Below, in pieces: positions 18,725 through 27,749 of a stretch of 64,000 bases of DNA. The notes below the pieces were generated by a model. The model saw only the letters and a list, made by a program, of their open reading frames with translations. It had not been told where the DNA came from and searched no databases. Location of the stretch: NCBI GenBank assembly GCA_040218735.1, contig JAVJQW010000070.1, positions 128,001-192,000 of the forward strand. The letters run 5' to 3'. Numbering within the stretch: position 1 is the first letter of the stretch; every line of letters begins with the position of its first letter. A program made the translations under genes and the position numbers. The stretch is from Deltaproteobacteria bacterium. GTDB taxonomy: Bacteria > Myxococcota > Kuafuiibacteriia > Kuafuiibacteriales > Kuafuiibacteriaceae.

Positions 18725-19366
18725 CTACTCCTCTTCGAGCGCGTCGATACGAACGACCACGGTGCGCGACAGGGTCTGAGCGTTCTGCACGGATCGCTTC
18801 ACGACCGTCTTGAAGTAGTTGAACGCCACCACCGCGGGGAGCGCGACCGCGAGCCCGACCGCCGTCGCGACCAGCGCTTCCGAGATGCCGGCCATGACGA
18901 CCTGCGCGTTGCCGCCCGCCGCGCCCGCGTCCGCGAGCGCGAGATCTTTGAACGCTTTGATGATGCCGAGCACCGTCCCGAACAGGCCGATGAACGGCGC
19001 GTTGTTGCCGAGCGTGCCGAGGAAGATCAGCCGCGCGTCGAAGCGCGCCTTCTGGCGGGACAGCTCGGCCGCCATCGTCTCCTCGGCGACCTTCTCACCC
19101 TTGTGCACCTGGTCGAGGCCGGCGCGGACGACGTGCGCCTCCATGGTGTCGTCGCCCTCGAGGAGCTTCTTGGCGCCCGCAACGTCCTTGTCGTCGAGCA
19201 GCGCGCCGAGGCGGCCTTCGAGGCGCTTCGGATCCGCGCGACGCGCGAGGTAGAACAGGGCTCGCTCGATCATCACCGCCACGGAGAGCACGGAGAGGAC
19301 CACCAGGACCCAGAGCACCCACTCGGCTCCGAGCTGGGCGAACGCGACGATCGAGCGTTCCAGCAT
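18725..19366 (-). CDS. exbB: MotA/TolQ/ExbB proton channel
   Basis: 'APFIGLFGTVLGI', 'GISEALVATAVGL'. Confidence 0.9.
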   Translation of the reverse strand: MLERSIVAFAQLGAEWVLWVLVVLSVLSVAVMIERALFYLARRADPKRLEGRLGALLDDKDVAGAKKLLEGDDTMEAHVVRAGLDQVHKGEKVAEETMAAELSRQKARFDARLIFLGTLGNNAPFIGLFGTVLGIIKAFKDLALADAGAAGGNAQVVMAGISEALVATAVGLAVALPAVVAFNYFKTVVKRSVQNAQTLSRTVVVRIDALEEE

Positions 19367-19391
19367 GGCGGGAGCGTCGCGAAAACAACGT

Positions 19392-19426
19392 AAAAAGGCG
19401 ACCCCGCCACCTGGCTGGGTCGCCTT
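19392..19426 (-). terminator. Intrinsic terminator
   Basis: AAGGCGACCC/GGGTCGCCTT stem with an A5 run (T5 on minus strand). Confidence 0.7.
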
Positions 19427-19456
19427 CGTGTTCGGCCCCGGGTTCGGGCCGCGCGA

Positions 19457-19657
19457 TTACGCGGCGTCGTCTGCGGCGTCGTCGTCGGGGTAGAGGGGAA
19501 TCACGATCGGGCCGCGTTCCGCGTCTTCTTCCGGAGCCCGCTCAGCGCCCGGGGGCTCACGGTACATCGGGACCTCGAGGGTGATGCGGTTCTCCCGGGC
19601 GCGCGCGCGCTCGGCTTCTTCGCGCCGTATCGATTCGATGATGAACGCATCCAACAT
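19457..19657 (-). CDS. Small hypothetical protein (66 aa)
   Basis: 'MLDAFIIESIRREE...ERGPIVIPL'; purine-rich SD upstream, terminator downstream. Confidence 0.65.
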   Translation of the reverse strand: MLDAFIIESIRREEAERARARENRITLEVPMYREPPGAERAPEEDAERGPIVIPLYPDDDAADDAA

Positions 19658-19963
19658 GACCGCTTCCCTCGTTTCCGCCTGACCGACTCGTTTTCGTCGT
19701 GCCTTCATCCACCTTATCGGGTCGGCACTTCGATTTGTTCCTACAGTTTCAACGTGTGACCTGGCCTCACGGTTCCACAAAGTGCGCTGGGTCACGTCTT
19801 TTTCGCTACAGTCGTCGCTGCTCCCTCTACTGAGAGAGTGCCGCGGGCTGGGGTCGCTGTGACGCATCCGAGTCGCGGGGTGGAGAACCACCCGAGCGCG
19901 GGGGTCAAGGTGTTTCCAAATGGGCTCGCCTTTGGCCTCGAATCGGGCTATGCCCGCCGCGGT

Positions 19964-20587
19964 ATGGCGGATGTCACCCTACGCGCCCACGTCTTCTTGG
20001 ACAGTCTGCAGCCGCAACTGACGTCCCACATCTGCACCACCTGCCGGGGCTACTTCCCGGTGCCGGGGATGGCGTCTCTGTTCGTCGAAATCGCCCCCGG
20101 GATGCAGATCCACCGGCTGATCGACGCGGCGCTGAAACAGACCGATGTGATGCCCGCCACACTGATCGTCGAGCGCGCCTTCGGGATGCTCGAGGTCCAC
20201 CACGAGGACAAGGGCCAGGTCCTCGCCGCCGGGGACGCGGTCCTCGAGCAGCTCGGCGCCACCGAAGCGGACCGCATGAAGCCGCGCGTGGTGTCCAACA
20301 CGGTGATTCGGCACGTCGAGCCGTACCACGCGATGATCATCGACAAGATCCGCTTCGGCTCGATGATCAAACCCGGCCAGTCCCTCTTCATCATGGAGAC
20401 CGAGCCCGCGGCCTACGTCGCGCTGGCCGCGAACGAAGCCGAGAAGGCCGCGAACGTCGAGCTGGTCGACGTCCTGGTCTTCGGCGCGTACGGCCGCCTG
20501 TACCTGGCCGGGACGGAATCCGAAGTCGACTCGGCGGCAGAGGCCGCCAACGCAGCGATCAACAGCCTCACCGGCCGCGATCGCTAG
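19964..20587 (+). CDS. BMC shell protein, tandem-domain permuted type (BMC-Tdp; CcmP/HO BMC-T2-like)
   Basis: '[14 protein letters not shown]', 'VEIAPG', '[11 protein letters not shown]', 'AANEAEKAA', 'GAYGRL'. Confidence 0.9.
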   Translation: MADVTLRAHVFLDSLQPQLTSHICTTCRGYFPVPGMASLFVEIAPGMQIHRLIDAALKQTDVMPATLIVERAFGMLEVHHEDKGQVLAAGDAVLEQLGATEADRMKPRVVSNTVIRHVEPYHAMIIDKIRFGSMIKPGQSLFIMETEPAAYVALAANEAEKAANVELVDVLVFGAYGRLYLAGTESEVDSAAEAANAAINSLTGRDR

Positions 20588-20628
20588 GCACAATCTCGAA
20601 CTTTCTTTCTTACGGAGGCGAATCGAAC

Positions 20629-20949
20629 ATGACTGACGCACTGGGGCTCATCGAGACCAAGGGTTTCGTGGGGATGGTGGAAGCGGCGGACGCGATGGTG
20701 AAGGCCGCGAAGGTGGAGCTCGTCGGGTACGAGAAGGGCTACGGCGGCGGCTACATGACGGCCATCGTCCGCGGCGACGTCGCGGCGGTGAAGGCCGCGG
20801 TCGAGGCCGGCGCACGCGGCGCCGAGCGCGTCGGCGAGCTGGTCAGCACGCACGTCATCCCGCGCCCGCACGCGAACGTCGACCTGACGCTGCCGCTCGG
20901 CCGCACCGCGCAGGCGAAGAACGCGCTCGGCAGCGGCGGCGGTATCTGA
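20629..20949 (+). CDS. BMC hexamer shell protein (BMC-H)
   Basis: 'ALGLIETKG...AADAMVKAA...[10 protein letters not shown]...HVIPRPH'; GGAGG SD. Confidence 0.95.
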   Translation: MTDALGLIETKGFVGMVEAADAMVKAAKVELVGYEKGYGGGYMTAIVRGDVAAVKAAVEAGARGAERVGELVSTHVIPRPHANVDLTLPLGRTAQAKNALGSGGGI

Positions 20950-20955
20950 TCCGTC

Positions 20956-21252
20956 GTGCTGATCGGCAAGGTCATCGGGACCGTCGTCGCGTCCAAGAAG
21001 GACCCGGAGCTGGAGGGGCTGAAGCTCCTGCTGGTGAAGGGCGCGGACGTGGACGGCAACGTGAGCGGTCCGGTGCTCGTCGCCGCCGACAGCGTCGGCG
21101 CGGGCGTCGGTGAGATCGTCCTGTACGCCGCGGGCTCGTCCGCGCGGCAGACCGTCATGACCAAGGACCGCCCGGTGGACCACGTCGTCATGGCGATCGT
21201 CGACACGATCGCCGTGGACGGTCAGCCCCGCTACGACAAGGACAAGGCGTAG
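20956..21252 (+). CDS. BMC vertex protein (BMC-P, EutN/CcmL family)
   Basis: '[12 protein letters not shown]...L.G.KLL', '[11 protein letters not shown]', 'GSSAR', 'IVD'. Confidence 0.95.
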   Translation: MLIGKVIGTVVASKKDPELEGLKLLLVKGADVDGNVSGPVLVAADSVGAGVGEIVLYAAGSSARQTVMTKDRPVDHVVMAIVDTIAVDGQPRYDKDKA

Positions 21253-21255
21253 GCC

Positions 21256-22710
21256 GTGGCCGACCTCGACGAAGCCAAGATCGCGGAGATCGTCGGGCGC
21301 GTCATGCAGCGTGTCCTGACGCCGACGCCGTCGGATCCGATCTGCGGCATCGCGCCGCCGGTCTACACGCCGGGCGCCCCCGCGGTGCACACCGGCGCGC
21401 GTCCGACGGGGGTCTTCGACGACCTGGACCGCGCGGTGGACGCCGCGCACGTCGCGTTCGCGCAGTACGGCGGCGGGACGCTCGAGCTTCGGCACCGGGT
21501 CATCGACGCGATCCGCGCGTGCGGTCGCCGCGAGACGGAGACGATCTCGCGCATGGCCGTCGAGGAGACGGGCCTCGGTCGCTACGACCACAAGCTCAAG
21601 AAGAACGCGCTGGTGATCGAGAAGTCGCCGGGTCCGGACATCCTGCGGCCGGTCGCGCAGTCCGGGGACCACGGGCTGATGCTCACCGAGCGCGCGCCGT
21701 ACGGTGTCATCGGCGCGATCACGCCGACGACGAACCCCACCGAGACGATCATCTGCAACGCGATCGGGATGCTCTCGGGCGGCAACGCCGTGGTGTTCAA
21801 CGTGCACCCGGGCGCCAAGGGCGTCTCGAACTACCTCGTCGGGAAGCTCAACGACGCGATCGTCGCGGCGGGGGGCCCGGCGAACCTGATCTGCTCCATG
21901 GCCGAGCCGACGATCGAGTCGGCGCAGAAGCTCATGCGCCACAAGGGCATCCGCCTGCTCGTGGTGACGGGCGGCCCGGGCGTGGTGAAGGAGGCGATGA
22001 ACTCCGGCAAGCGCGCCATCGCGGCGGGCCCCGGTAACCCGCCGGTGGTCGTCGACGAGACGGCGAACCTCGCGAAGGCAGCGAAGGGGATCGTCGATGG
22101 CGGAAGCCTCGACAACTGCATCGTCTGCACCGCTGAAAAAGAGATCATCGCGGTCGCGGAGATCGCGGACCACCTCAAGCGGCACATGGCCGAGCGCGGC
22201 GCGTACGAGGTGAAGGGCGCGGACATCGCGAAGCTCCAGCGGCTCGTCGTCGCCGAGGACGGCCGGCACCCGAACAAGGAGTGGGTCGGCAAAGACGCCT
22301 CGAAGATCCTGGAGGCGATCGGCATCCGCGCGCCCGACGCGCAGATCGTCTACGTCGAGGGCGACGAACACAGTCCCTTCGTGCAGGGCGAGTTGTTGAT
22401 GCCGGTGCTCGGCTTCGTGCGCGTGCCCTCCGCGGAGGACGCGATCGCGATGGCGAAGCGCGTGGAGCACGGGTTCGGCCACACCGCCGCGATGTACTCG
22501 ACGAACATCGACAACCTCCACGCGATGGCGCGGGTCATCAACACGTCGATCTTCACGAAGAACGCGCCGACGTTCGCCGGGCTCGGGCTCGGCGGCGAGG
22601 GGTACACGTCGTTCACGATCGCGTCGCCGACCGGCGAAGGTCTCACGAACGCGGTTCACTTCACGCGCGAGCGTCGTTGCTCGCTGGTCGACGCCTTCCG
22701 GATCGTATGA
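21256..22710 (+). CDS. CoA-acylating aldehyde dehydrogenase (EutE/PduP family) with encapsulation peptide
   Basis: 'PYGVIGAITPTTNP', 'VTGGPGVV', 'GPGNPP', catalytic Cys in 'NCIVCTAEK', 'TGEG'; N-terminal amphipathic helix 'EAKIAEIVGRVMQRV'. Confidence 0.92.
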   Translation: MADLDEAKIAEIVGRVMQRVLTPTPSDPICGIAPPVYTPGAPAVHTGARPTGVFDDLDRAVDAAHVAFAQYGGGTLELRHRVIDAIRACGRRETETISRMAVEETGLGRYDHKLKKNALVIEKSPGPDILRPVAQSGDHGLMLTERAPYGVIGAITPTTNPTETIICNAIGMLSGGNAVVFNVHPGAKGVSNYLVGKLNDAIVAAGGPANLICSMAEPTIESAQKLMRHKGIRLLVVTGGPGVVKEAMNSGKRAIAAGPGNPPVVVDETANLAKAAKGIVDGGSLDNCIVCTAEKEIIAVAEIADHLKRHMAERGAYEVKGADIAKLQRLVVAEDGRHPNKEWVGKDASKILEAIGIRAPDAQIVYVEGDEHSPFVQGELLMPVLGFVRVPSAEDAIAMAKRVEHGFGHTAAMYSTNIDNLHAMARVINTSIFTKNAPTFAGLGLGGEGYTSFTIASPTGEGLTNAVHFTRERRCSLVDAFRIV

Positions 22711-23402
22711 AGCGCTTCGTCGCGCTCCTGCTGTTGGTGGCTGCGGCGGCGTGCACTTCGCCGCGGTACGTCGGCTCGGTCGGTCGCGATCGGACCTACG
22801 TGAACCGCGGGTACGGCTTCCTGGTTCGGCTCGACCACGCGAACCTCTCGGAGCGCTACGACGCGGTCACGGCCGAGAACCTCACGGCCTTCCCGCCCGC
22901 GGTGCGCGCCACGCTGAAGGAGGCGCCGCTGGATCTCGACGGGGACGGCTTCCTCGACCCGACGGAGACCACGCGGTTCCTCGAGCCGGCGCTGCGGTTG
23001 GTGTCGCGGACCTCTTCGGTGGTGACGATCGACGTCGCGGTGCAGATCGTCCCGAAGCGATCGAAGTCCGTGACGCTGGCGTCGATGGTCGCGAGTGAGC
23101 ACCGGATGACCACGCTCGGCGGCGTGACGCCGCGCGGCGGTGTGCTCGACACGCCGGTGAAGACGAGCACCGTGACGCCCGGGTTCACGGCGATGACGTA
23201 CGAGGCCCCGGGGCGCGTCGTGACGCTGGTCGACATGCCGGAGTTTCGCGCCGAGGAAGGCATCAAGCGGCGCCAGATCGTGCGGGTGACGCTGTCGGCG
23301 ACGCGGGTAACGCCCGCCCTGCGCGAGGACCACGCGCAGGTATTGAAGGCGCTGATCCTGAACCGCCGCGGGAGCTTCGAGACGACGAAGGAGCAGTGGT
23401 GA
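22707..23402 (+). CDS. Hypothetical lipoprotein with EF-hand loop, inside the BMC operon
   Basis: ATGA overlap with the dehydrogenase stop; 'MKRFVALLLLVAAAAC' lipoprotein signal; 'DLDGDGFLDPTE'. Confidence 0.75.
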   Translation: MKRFVALLLLVAAAACTSPRYVGSVGRDRTYVNRGYGFLVRLDHANLSERYDAVTAENLTAFPPAVRATLKEAPLDLDGDGFLDPTETTRFLEPALRLVSRTSSVVTIDVAVQIVPKRSKSVTLASMVASEHRMTTLGGVTPRGGVLDTPVKTSTVTPGFTAMTYEAPGRVVTLVDMPEFRAEEGIKRRQIVRVTLSATRVTPALREDHAQVLKALILNRRGSFETTKEQW

Positions 23403-24004
23403 ACGCGCCGCTCGTCGTGGCGGGCGACGCGGTGGCTTCGCTCGAGATCGCGACGGTCGCGCGCGGGATCGTGGTGCTCGACGCCATGGCGAAGCGCGCC
23501 GAGACGACGTTCGTCGCGGCCCGCACCGTATCCCCGGGGCGCTATTGGGTCGTGATCAGCGGGGGCGTCGCGGAGGTCGAAGAGGCGCTCGACGCGGCGC
23601 TCGAGATCGCCGCCGAGGATCGCGTAGCGCACGTGCTGTTGCGCGACCCGGCGCGCGGGTTGGTCGACGCCCTCGCCTCCCAGCTCGACACCGCGATGGA
23701 CGAGTCGCTCTTGATCGTGGAGACCACGGCGATCTCGTCGACGCTCGTGGCGATTGACCGCGCCCTCAAGGAGACGGCGTCGGCGCTTCTGGAGCTTCGC
23801 TTCGGCGCGGGGCTCTCCGGCAAGGGCGTCTTCACGCTGACCGGCGCGCTGCACATGGTGGAGGCGGCGCGCGACGTCGTGACGGAGGTCCTGACGCCAC
23901 AGACGATCGTGCGCACCGAGCTGATCGCTCAGCCGCACCCGGACCTGCCGAAGCGACTGCTGGACGCGGAAGGCGCCGCGCTCCGCGGCCCGAAGGCTCT
24001 CTAG
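23396..24004 (+). CDS. BMC shell protein, tandem-domain (BMC-Ts; PduT/HO BMC-T1-like)
   Basis: 'LEIATVARGIVVLDAMAK', 'SPGRY...GGVAEV', 'GLSGKG', 'IAQPHPDL'. Confidence 0.88.
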   Translation: MVNAPLVVAGDAVASLEIATVARGIVVLDAMAKRAETTFVAARTVSPGRYWVVISGGVAEVEEALDAALEIAAEDRVAHVLLRDPARGLVDALASQLDTAMDESLLIVETTAISSTLVAIDRALKETASALLELRFGAGLSGKGVFTLTGALHMVEAARDVVTEVLTPQTIVRTELIAQPHPDLPKRLLDAEGAALRGPKAL

Positions 24005-24079
24005 GCTGAGGCCGGTCGCGGATGCGGCCGGTCCGAAGACTGTGCCAAGGCGGTCCGCGAAGCGGAGCGGCGTTATGGC

Positions 24080-24289
24080 CTAGGCTGAGGCCGCGGGCGG
24101 CCGCCGCGTGAACACGATGAACGCCATCGCGGGCCGCTTGCTGCTCTCGCGCATCGCGAACTGAATCCCGTCGAAGACCCACCCCTCGGCCGTCCACTCG
24201 TTGAGCGTGTCCTCGATGGCCTCGTCGGTGACCGTGGAAAGCTCGACGACCTTGTACGTGGGCGGCGTGTGCTCGCTGGGGACCGACAT
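24080..24289 (-). CDS. Small DUF4177-like protein
   Basis: 'YKVVEL...IEDTLNEWTAEGW.F'. Confidence 0.7.
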   Translation of the reverse strand: MSVPSEHTPPTYKVVELSTVTDEAIEDTLNEWTAEGWVFDGIQFAMRESSKRPAMAFIVFTRRPPAASA

Positions 24290-24426
24290 CTTCGATGGCG
24301 TACTACGGGGTCGGGGCGCGACAAGCAAACCCGGCCGCTTCATGCGGTCATCCAAGGCGCATCGACACACGCGCTCCTGCGCCCGATTTCCCTTGTCCCG
24401 CGCCCACGCGTGACACCCATCGATCC

Positions 24427-24747
24427 GTGGCCATTCGGAGGGCACTCGCCAGCCTCGCTGCGCTCGTCACGGTCGGCGTCGTGTTCTCGTTCGCGCTCGT
24501 CGGCAGAGCGATGTCTCTCGGCCCGGCGGATCCGGAGAGTCTGCTAACCGCGCTCGGCGGCCTCTCGGCCCTGGGAGGACTCGCGGCGCTCGGCGCGCTC
24601 GCCGCGCTGGCGCTCGCGGTTGGCGCCGGAGTCGCACGCATGATCGCTCGGCGTCGCGTGCGGAGCCTCGTGGCGCGCGTCGACGCCGCGAAGTCGGCGC
24701 GAACGACGAACGTCGGCGCGAGTTCTAGACTGAACGTTCGGCGATGA
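24427..24747 (+). CDS. Possible small membrane protein
   Basis: Two hydrophobic segments; fills the gap between minus-strand genes; start uncertain. Confidence 0.35.
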   Translation: MAIRRALASLAALVTVGVVFSFALVGRAMSLGPADPESLLTALGGLSALGGLAALGALAALALAVGAGVARMIARRRVRSLVARVDAAKSARTTNVGASSRLNVRR

Positions 24748-25465
24748 GTGCCTCGACGAGCGCCTCGACCGTCGCTGCGGTCGGGACGACATCGACGCGC
24801 ACGCCCAACGTCTCCGCGGCCTCGGCGGCGACGGGGCCGATGACCGCGACGGTGCGGCGCTCGAGGTAGCCCCGGGCGTCGTCGAAGGCCTCCAGGAGCG
24901 CCTCTAGCGTCCTGCCGCTGAGGAAGGTCACGATGTCCGCGGGCTCGGCTCGTTCGCGCTCCTCGGGCGTCCAGCGGCGCCATCGAATCGTGTAGACCTC
25001 GGGGGCCGCGACCTCGAAGCCTCGCGCGGTGAGCTCGTCCAGGAGCAGCTCGCGGCCGTGGGCGCCGCGCGGGAGGACAAGACGGGCGCCACCGCCCGGC
25101 CAGCGCTCCGCGATCGCCGCGACGACCGACTCCGCACGGAACTCGGCGTCCGGGACGACGCGCTCGCCCGTGAAGCGCGCCGCATCGACGGCGCGCGCCG
25201 TCTTGGGCCCCACGCAATACACCGGCGCGTCGACGGGCGCGCTCAGGTGCCGGCCAACGCCTTCGACCGCGTTGACGGAGGTCAGCACCACCGCGTCGAT
25301 CCGCCCCGCGAGCGCCGCCCGCACCGGCGTCGGATCCACGTCGAAGGAACGCTCGATCACCGGCACCGCGATCGCGATGCCCCCCGCCGCCTCGATCGCG
25401 TCGATCATCGAGCCCGCCTGCGCGCGCGCTCGGGTGACCAGCACGCGGCGGCCGGCCATGGTCAT
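24725..25465 (-). CDS. hemD: Uroporphyrinogen-III synthase
   Basis: 'RVLVTRA', 'LTSVNAV', 'CVGPKTA', 'VIGPVAA'; ATGA overlap with hemC. Confidence 0.88.
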   Translation of the reverse strand: MTMAGRRVLVTRARAQAGSMIDAIEAAGGIAIAVPVIERSFDVDPTPVRAALAGRIDAVVLTSVNAVEGVGRHLSAPVDAPVYCVGPKTARAVDAARFTGERVVPDAEFRAESVVAAIAERWPGGGARLVLPRGAHGRELLLDELTARGFEVAAPEVYTIRWRRWTPEERERAEPADIVTFLSGRTLEALLEAFDDARGYLERRTVAVIGPVAAEAAETLGVRVDVVPTAATVEALVEALIAERSV

Positions 25466-26379
25466 CCGGCGGCCTTCAGGCCGTCGAGGATCGCCTTCGC
25501 GCCCGCGCCGAGGAGCTCGTCCGCGAGGTCCGTGCCGAGCGCCGCGTCGGGTGCGCCCGAACGTGTGCCCTCGTAGACCGTCTGCCCGTCGAGCGACGCG
25601 ACGAGCCCCGTGAACGCCACCTCGTCCCCGGTCATCGTCGCGTGCCCCGCGATCGGCACCTGGCAGCCGCCCTCCAGGCGGCGCAGGAACGCACGCTCGA
25701 TCTGCGCCGCGTGGCGCGCAGCGGGATCGTCGAGCTGGCGGACGATCGCGTTCGTCGCCTCGTCGTCCACACGCGTCTCGACGCCGAGGATGCCCTGCCC
25801 GATCGCGGGCAGCGACTCCTCCACCGACAACACGTGCGAAGCGGTGCGCTTCATCCCCAGCCGCAACAAACCGGCGTACGCGAGCATCGTCGCGTCCATG
25901 TTCTCGTCGTCGAGCTTCTGCAGGCGCGTCTGCACGTTCCCGCGGATCGGGACGATCTTCAGATCCGGCCGCCGCCGTAGCATCTGGGCCGCGCGCCGCA
26001 GCGAACACGTCCCGAGCACAGCACCGAACGGGAGTGTGTCGAGCGTGTAGCCCTTCGTCGACACCAACGCGTCGCGCGGATCCTCGCGCGGCGGGAACGC
26101 GATGATCGCGAGCCCATCCGGAAGCGCGGTCGGCATGTCCTTCAACGAATGCACCGCGACCTCGGCGCGCCCGTCGAGCAGCGCAGCTTCGATCTCCTTC
26201 ACGAACAGATCCTTGCCGCCGACCTTCGACAGCGCCTGGTCCAGGATCTTGTCCCCCTTCGTCGACAGCGGGACGAGCTCGACCTCGAGCCCCGGCGACA
26301 CCTCGGCGAGGCGCGCCGCGACGTGCTCCGCCTGCCAGACGGCGAGCGGGCTCTTACGCGTAGCGATACGAATCTTCAT
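25462..26379 (-). CDS. hemC: Hydroxymethylbilane synthase
   Basis: 'RIATRKSPLAVWQ', 'VHSLKDMP', 'RGNVQTRL', 'EGGCQVPI'. Confidence 0.97.
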   Translation of the reverse strand: MKIRIATRKSPLAVWQAEHVAARLAEVSPGLEVELVPLSTKGDKILDQALSKVGGKDLFVKEIEAALLDGRAEVAVHSLKDMPTALPDGLAIIAFPPREDPRDALVSTKGYTLDTLPFGAVLGTCSLRRAAQMLRRRPDLKIVPIRGNVQTRLQKLDDENMDATMLAYAGLLRLGMKRTASHVLSVEESLPAIGQGILGVETRVDDEATNAIVRQLDDPAARHAAQIERAFLRRLEGGCQVPIAGHATMTGDEVAFTGLVASLDGQTVYEGTRSGAPDAALGTDLADELLGAGAKAILDGLKAAG

Positions 26380-27749
26380 GAGCTGGAACCGTCTCCGTGC
26401 GCCTGGTCCTTCGGACGGAGCTCGACGACGTTGTCGGCGGCCTCGGCCTTCGGCTCGGGCGGGGCCTCGGCGGCGCGCACGGCTTCCTCGAGATCGAACA
26501 GGCGGACGAGCGCGTCGATCATCGGCTGAGGATCTCCGCTGGCGCCCTCTTCCTTCAGCGCCGTCATCACCGGGTGCAGCATCTTGTTCACGATGGCGTT
26601 GCTCATCGCCTTGATGCTCTGCAGCGTGCGTTTGTCCGCGTTCTTGACGTTGGACGTCGTGCGGTCGACCTCGGCCGCCGCGACGCGCATCGCGTGGGTC
26701 CGCAGCGCCTTGATGATCGGCACGACCTGCTGCGACTTCGACCAGCGCACGTAACCCGCGAGCTCTTCGTCGATCAGCGCCTCCGCCGCCGCCGCCTCGC
26801 GCGCGCGGCTCTCGCGGTTGAGCTCGAGGACCTGCTCGAGATCGTCGACGTCGTAGACGAAGACGTTGTCGAGATCCGCGACGTCCGGATCCACGTCGCG
26901 CGGCACCGCGATGTCGACGAAGAGGATCGGCCGGTAGCGACGCTTGCGCACCACCTTCGCCATCATCTTCTTGTCGACCACGTACCCCGGCGCCGCCGTC
27001 GAGGAGATCACGATGTCCGCCTCGTTCAGGAGGATCGGAAGATCCGAGAGGCTCGACGCGAGCCCGCCGATCTCGTTCGCCAGCCGCTGCGCCGACTCCA
27101 TCGAACGCGACGCCACGCGCACCTGCTGCACGCCGGAGGACATCAGGTGCTTCGACGCCAACCCCGCCATCTTCCCCGCGCCGATCAGGAGAACCTGCTT
27201 GCCCTCGAGCGTGTCGAAGATCTCCTTGCCGAGCTCCACCGCCGCGAAGCTCATCGACACCGCGTTCTCCGCGACACCCGTCTCCGTACGCACGCGCTTC
27301 GCGATGTAGAACGCCTTCGAGAACGCGCGCGTCAGCGCCGCGCCAGCGTGTTTGGTTTCGCTCGCGGAGCGGTACGCCTCCTTCACCTGCCCGAGGATCT
27401 GCGGCTCACCGACGACCATCGAGTCGAGCGACGACGCCACGCGGAACAGGTGGTGCAGCCCACGCTCGCCCTCGTGCACGTACAGGTGCGGATCCAGCTC
27501 CGCCGGCGGGAGGCCGGACAACGCGAGCAGATGCGAGCGCAACGCGCGCGAGAGCGTCTTCGGCTCGGCGCCGCCGGCGACGTAGAACTCGACGCGGTTA
27601 CACGTCGAGACGATGCACGCCTCGTCGACCGTCTCCAGCTCCTGGACCGCTTCGAGCGCCTTCGCGAGATCGCGGGTGTGGTGGGCGAAGCGTTCGCGCA
27701 GCTCGATGGAAGCCGTCCGGTGCGACAGCCCGATGACCGCGAACCTCAC
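26376..27749 (-). CDS. hemA: Glutamyl-tRNA reductase
   Basis: 'IGLSHRTA', 'STCNRVE', 'LDSMVVGEPQILGQ', 'GAGKM', 'DIAVPRD'; GTG start overlapping the ccsA stop. Confidence 0.96.
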   Translation of the reverse strand: MRFAVIGLSHRTASIELRERFAHHTRDLAKALEAVQELETVDEACIVSTCNRVEFYVAGGAEPKTLSRALRSHLLALSGLPPAELDPHLYVHEGERGLHHLFRVASSLDSMVVGEPQILGQVKEAYRSASETKHAGAALTRAFSKAFYIAKRVRTETGVAENAVSMSFAAVELGKEIFDTLEGKQVLLIGAGKMAGLASKHLMSSGVQQVRVASRSMESAQRLANEIGGLASSLSDLPILLNEADIVISSTAAPGYVVDKKMMAKVVRKRRYRPILFVDIAVPRDVDPDVADLDNVFVYDVDDLEQVLELNRESRAREAAAAEALIDEELAGYVRWSKSQQVVPIIKALRTHAMRVAAAEVDRTTSNVKNADKRTLQSIKAMSNAIVNKMLHPVMTALKEEGASGDPQPMIDALVRLFDLEEAVRAAEAPPEPKAEAADNVVELRPKDQAHGDGSSS

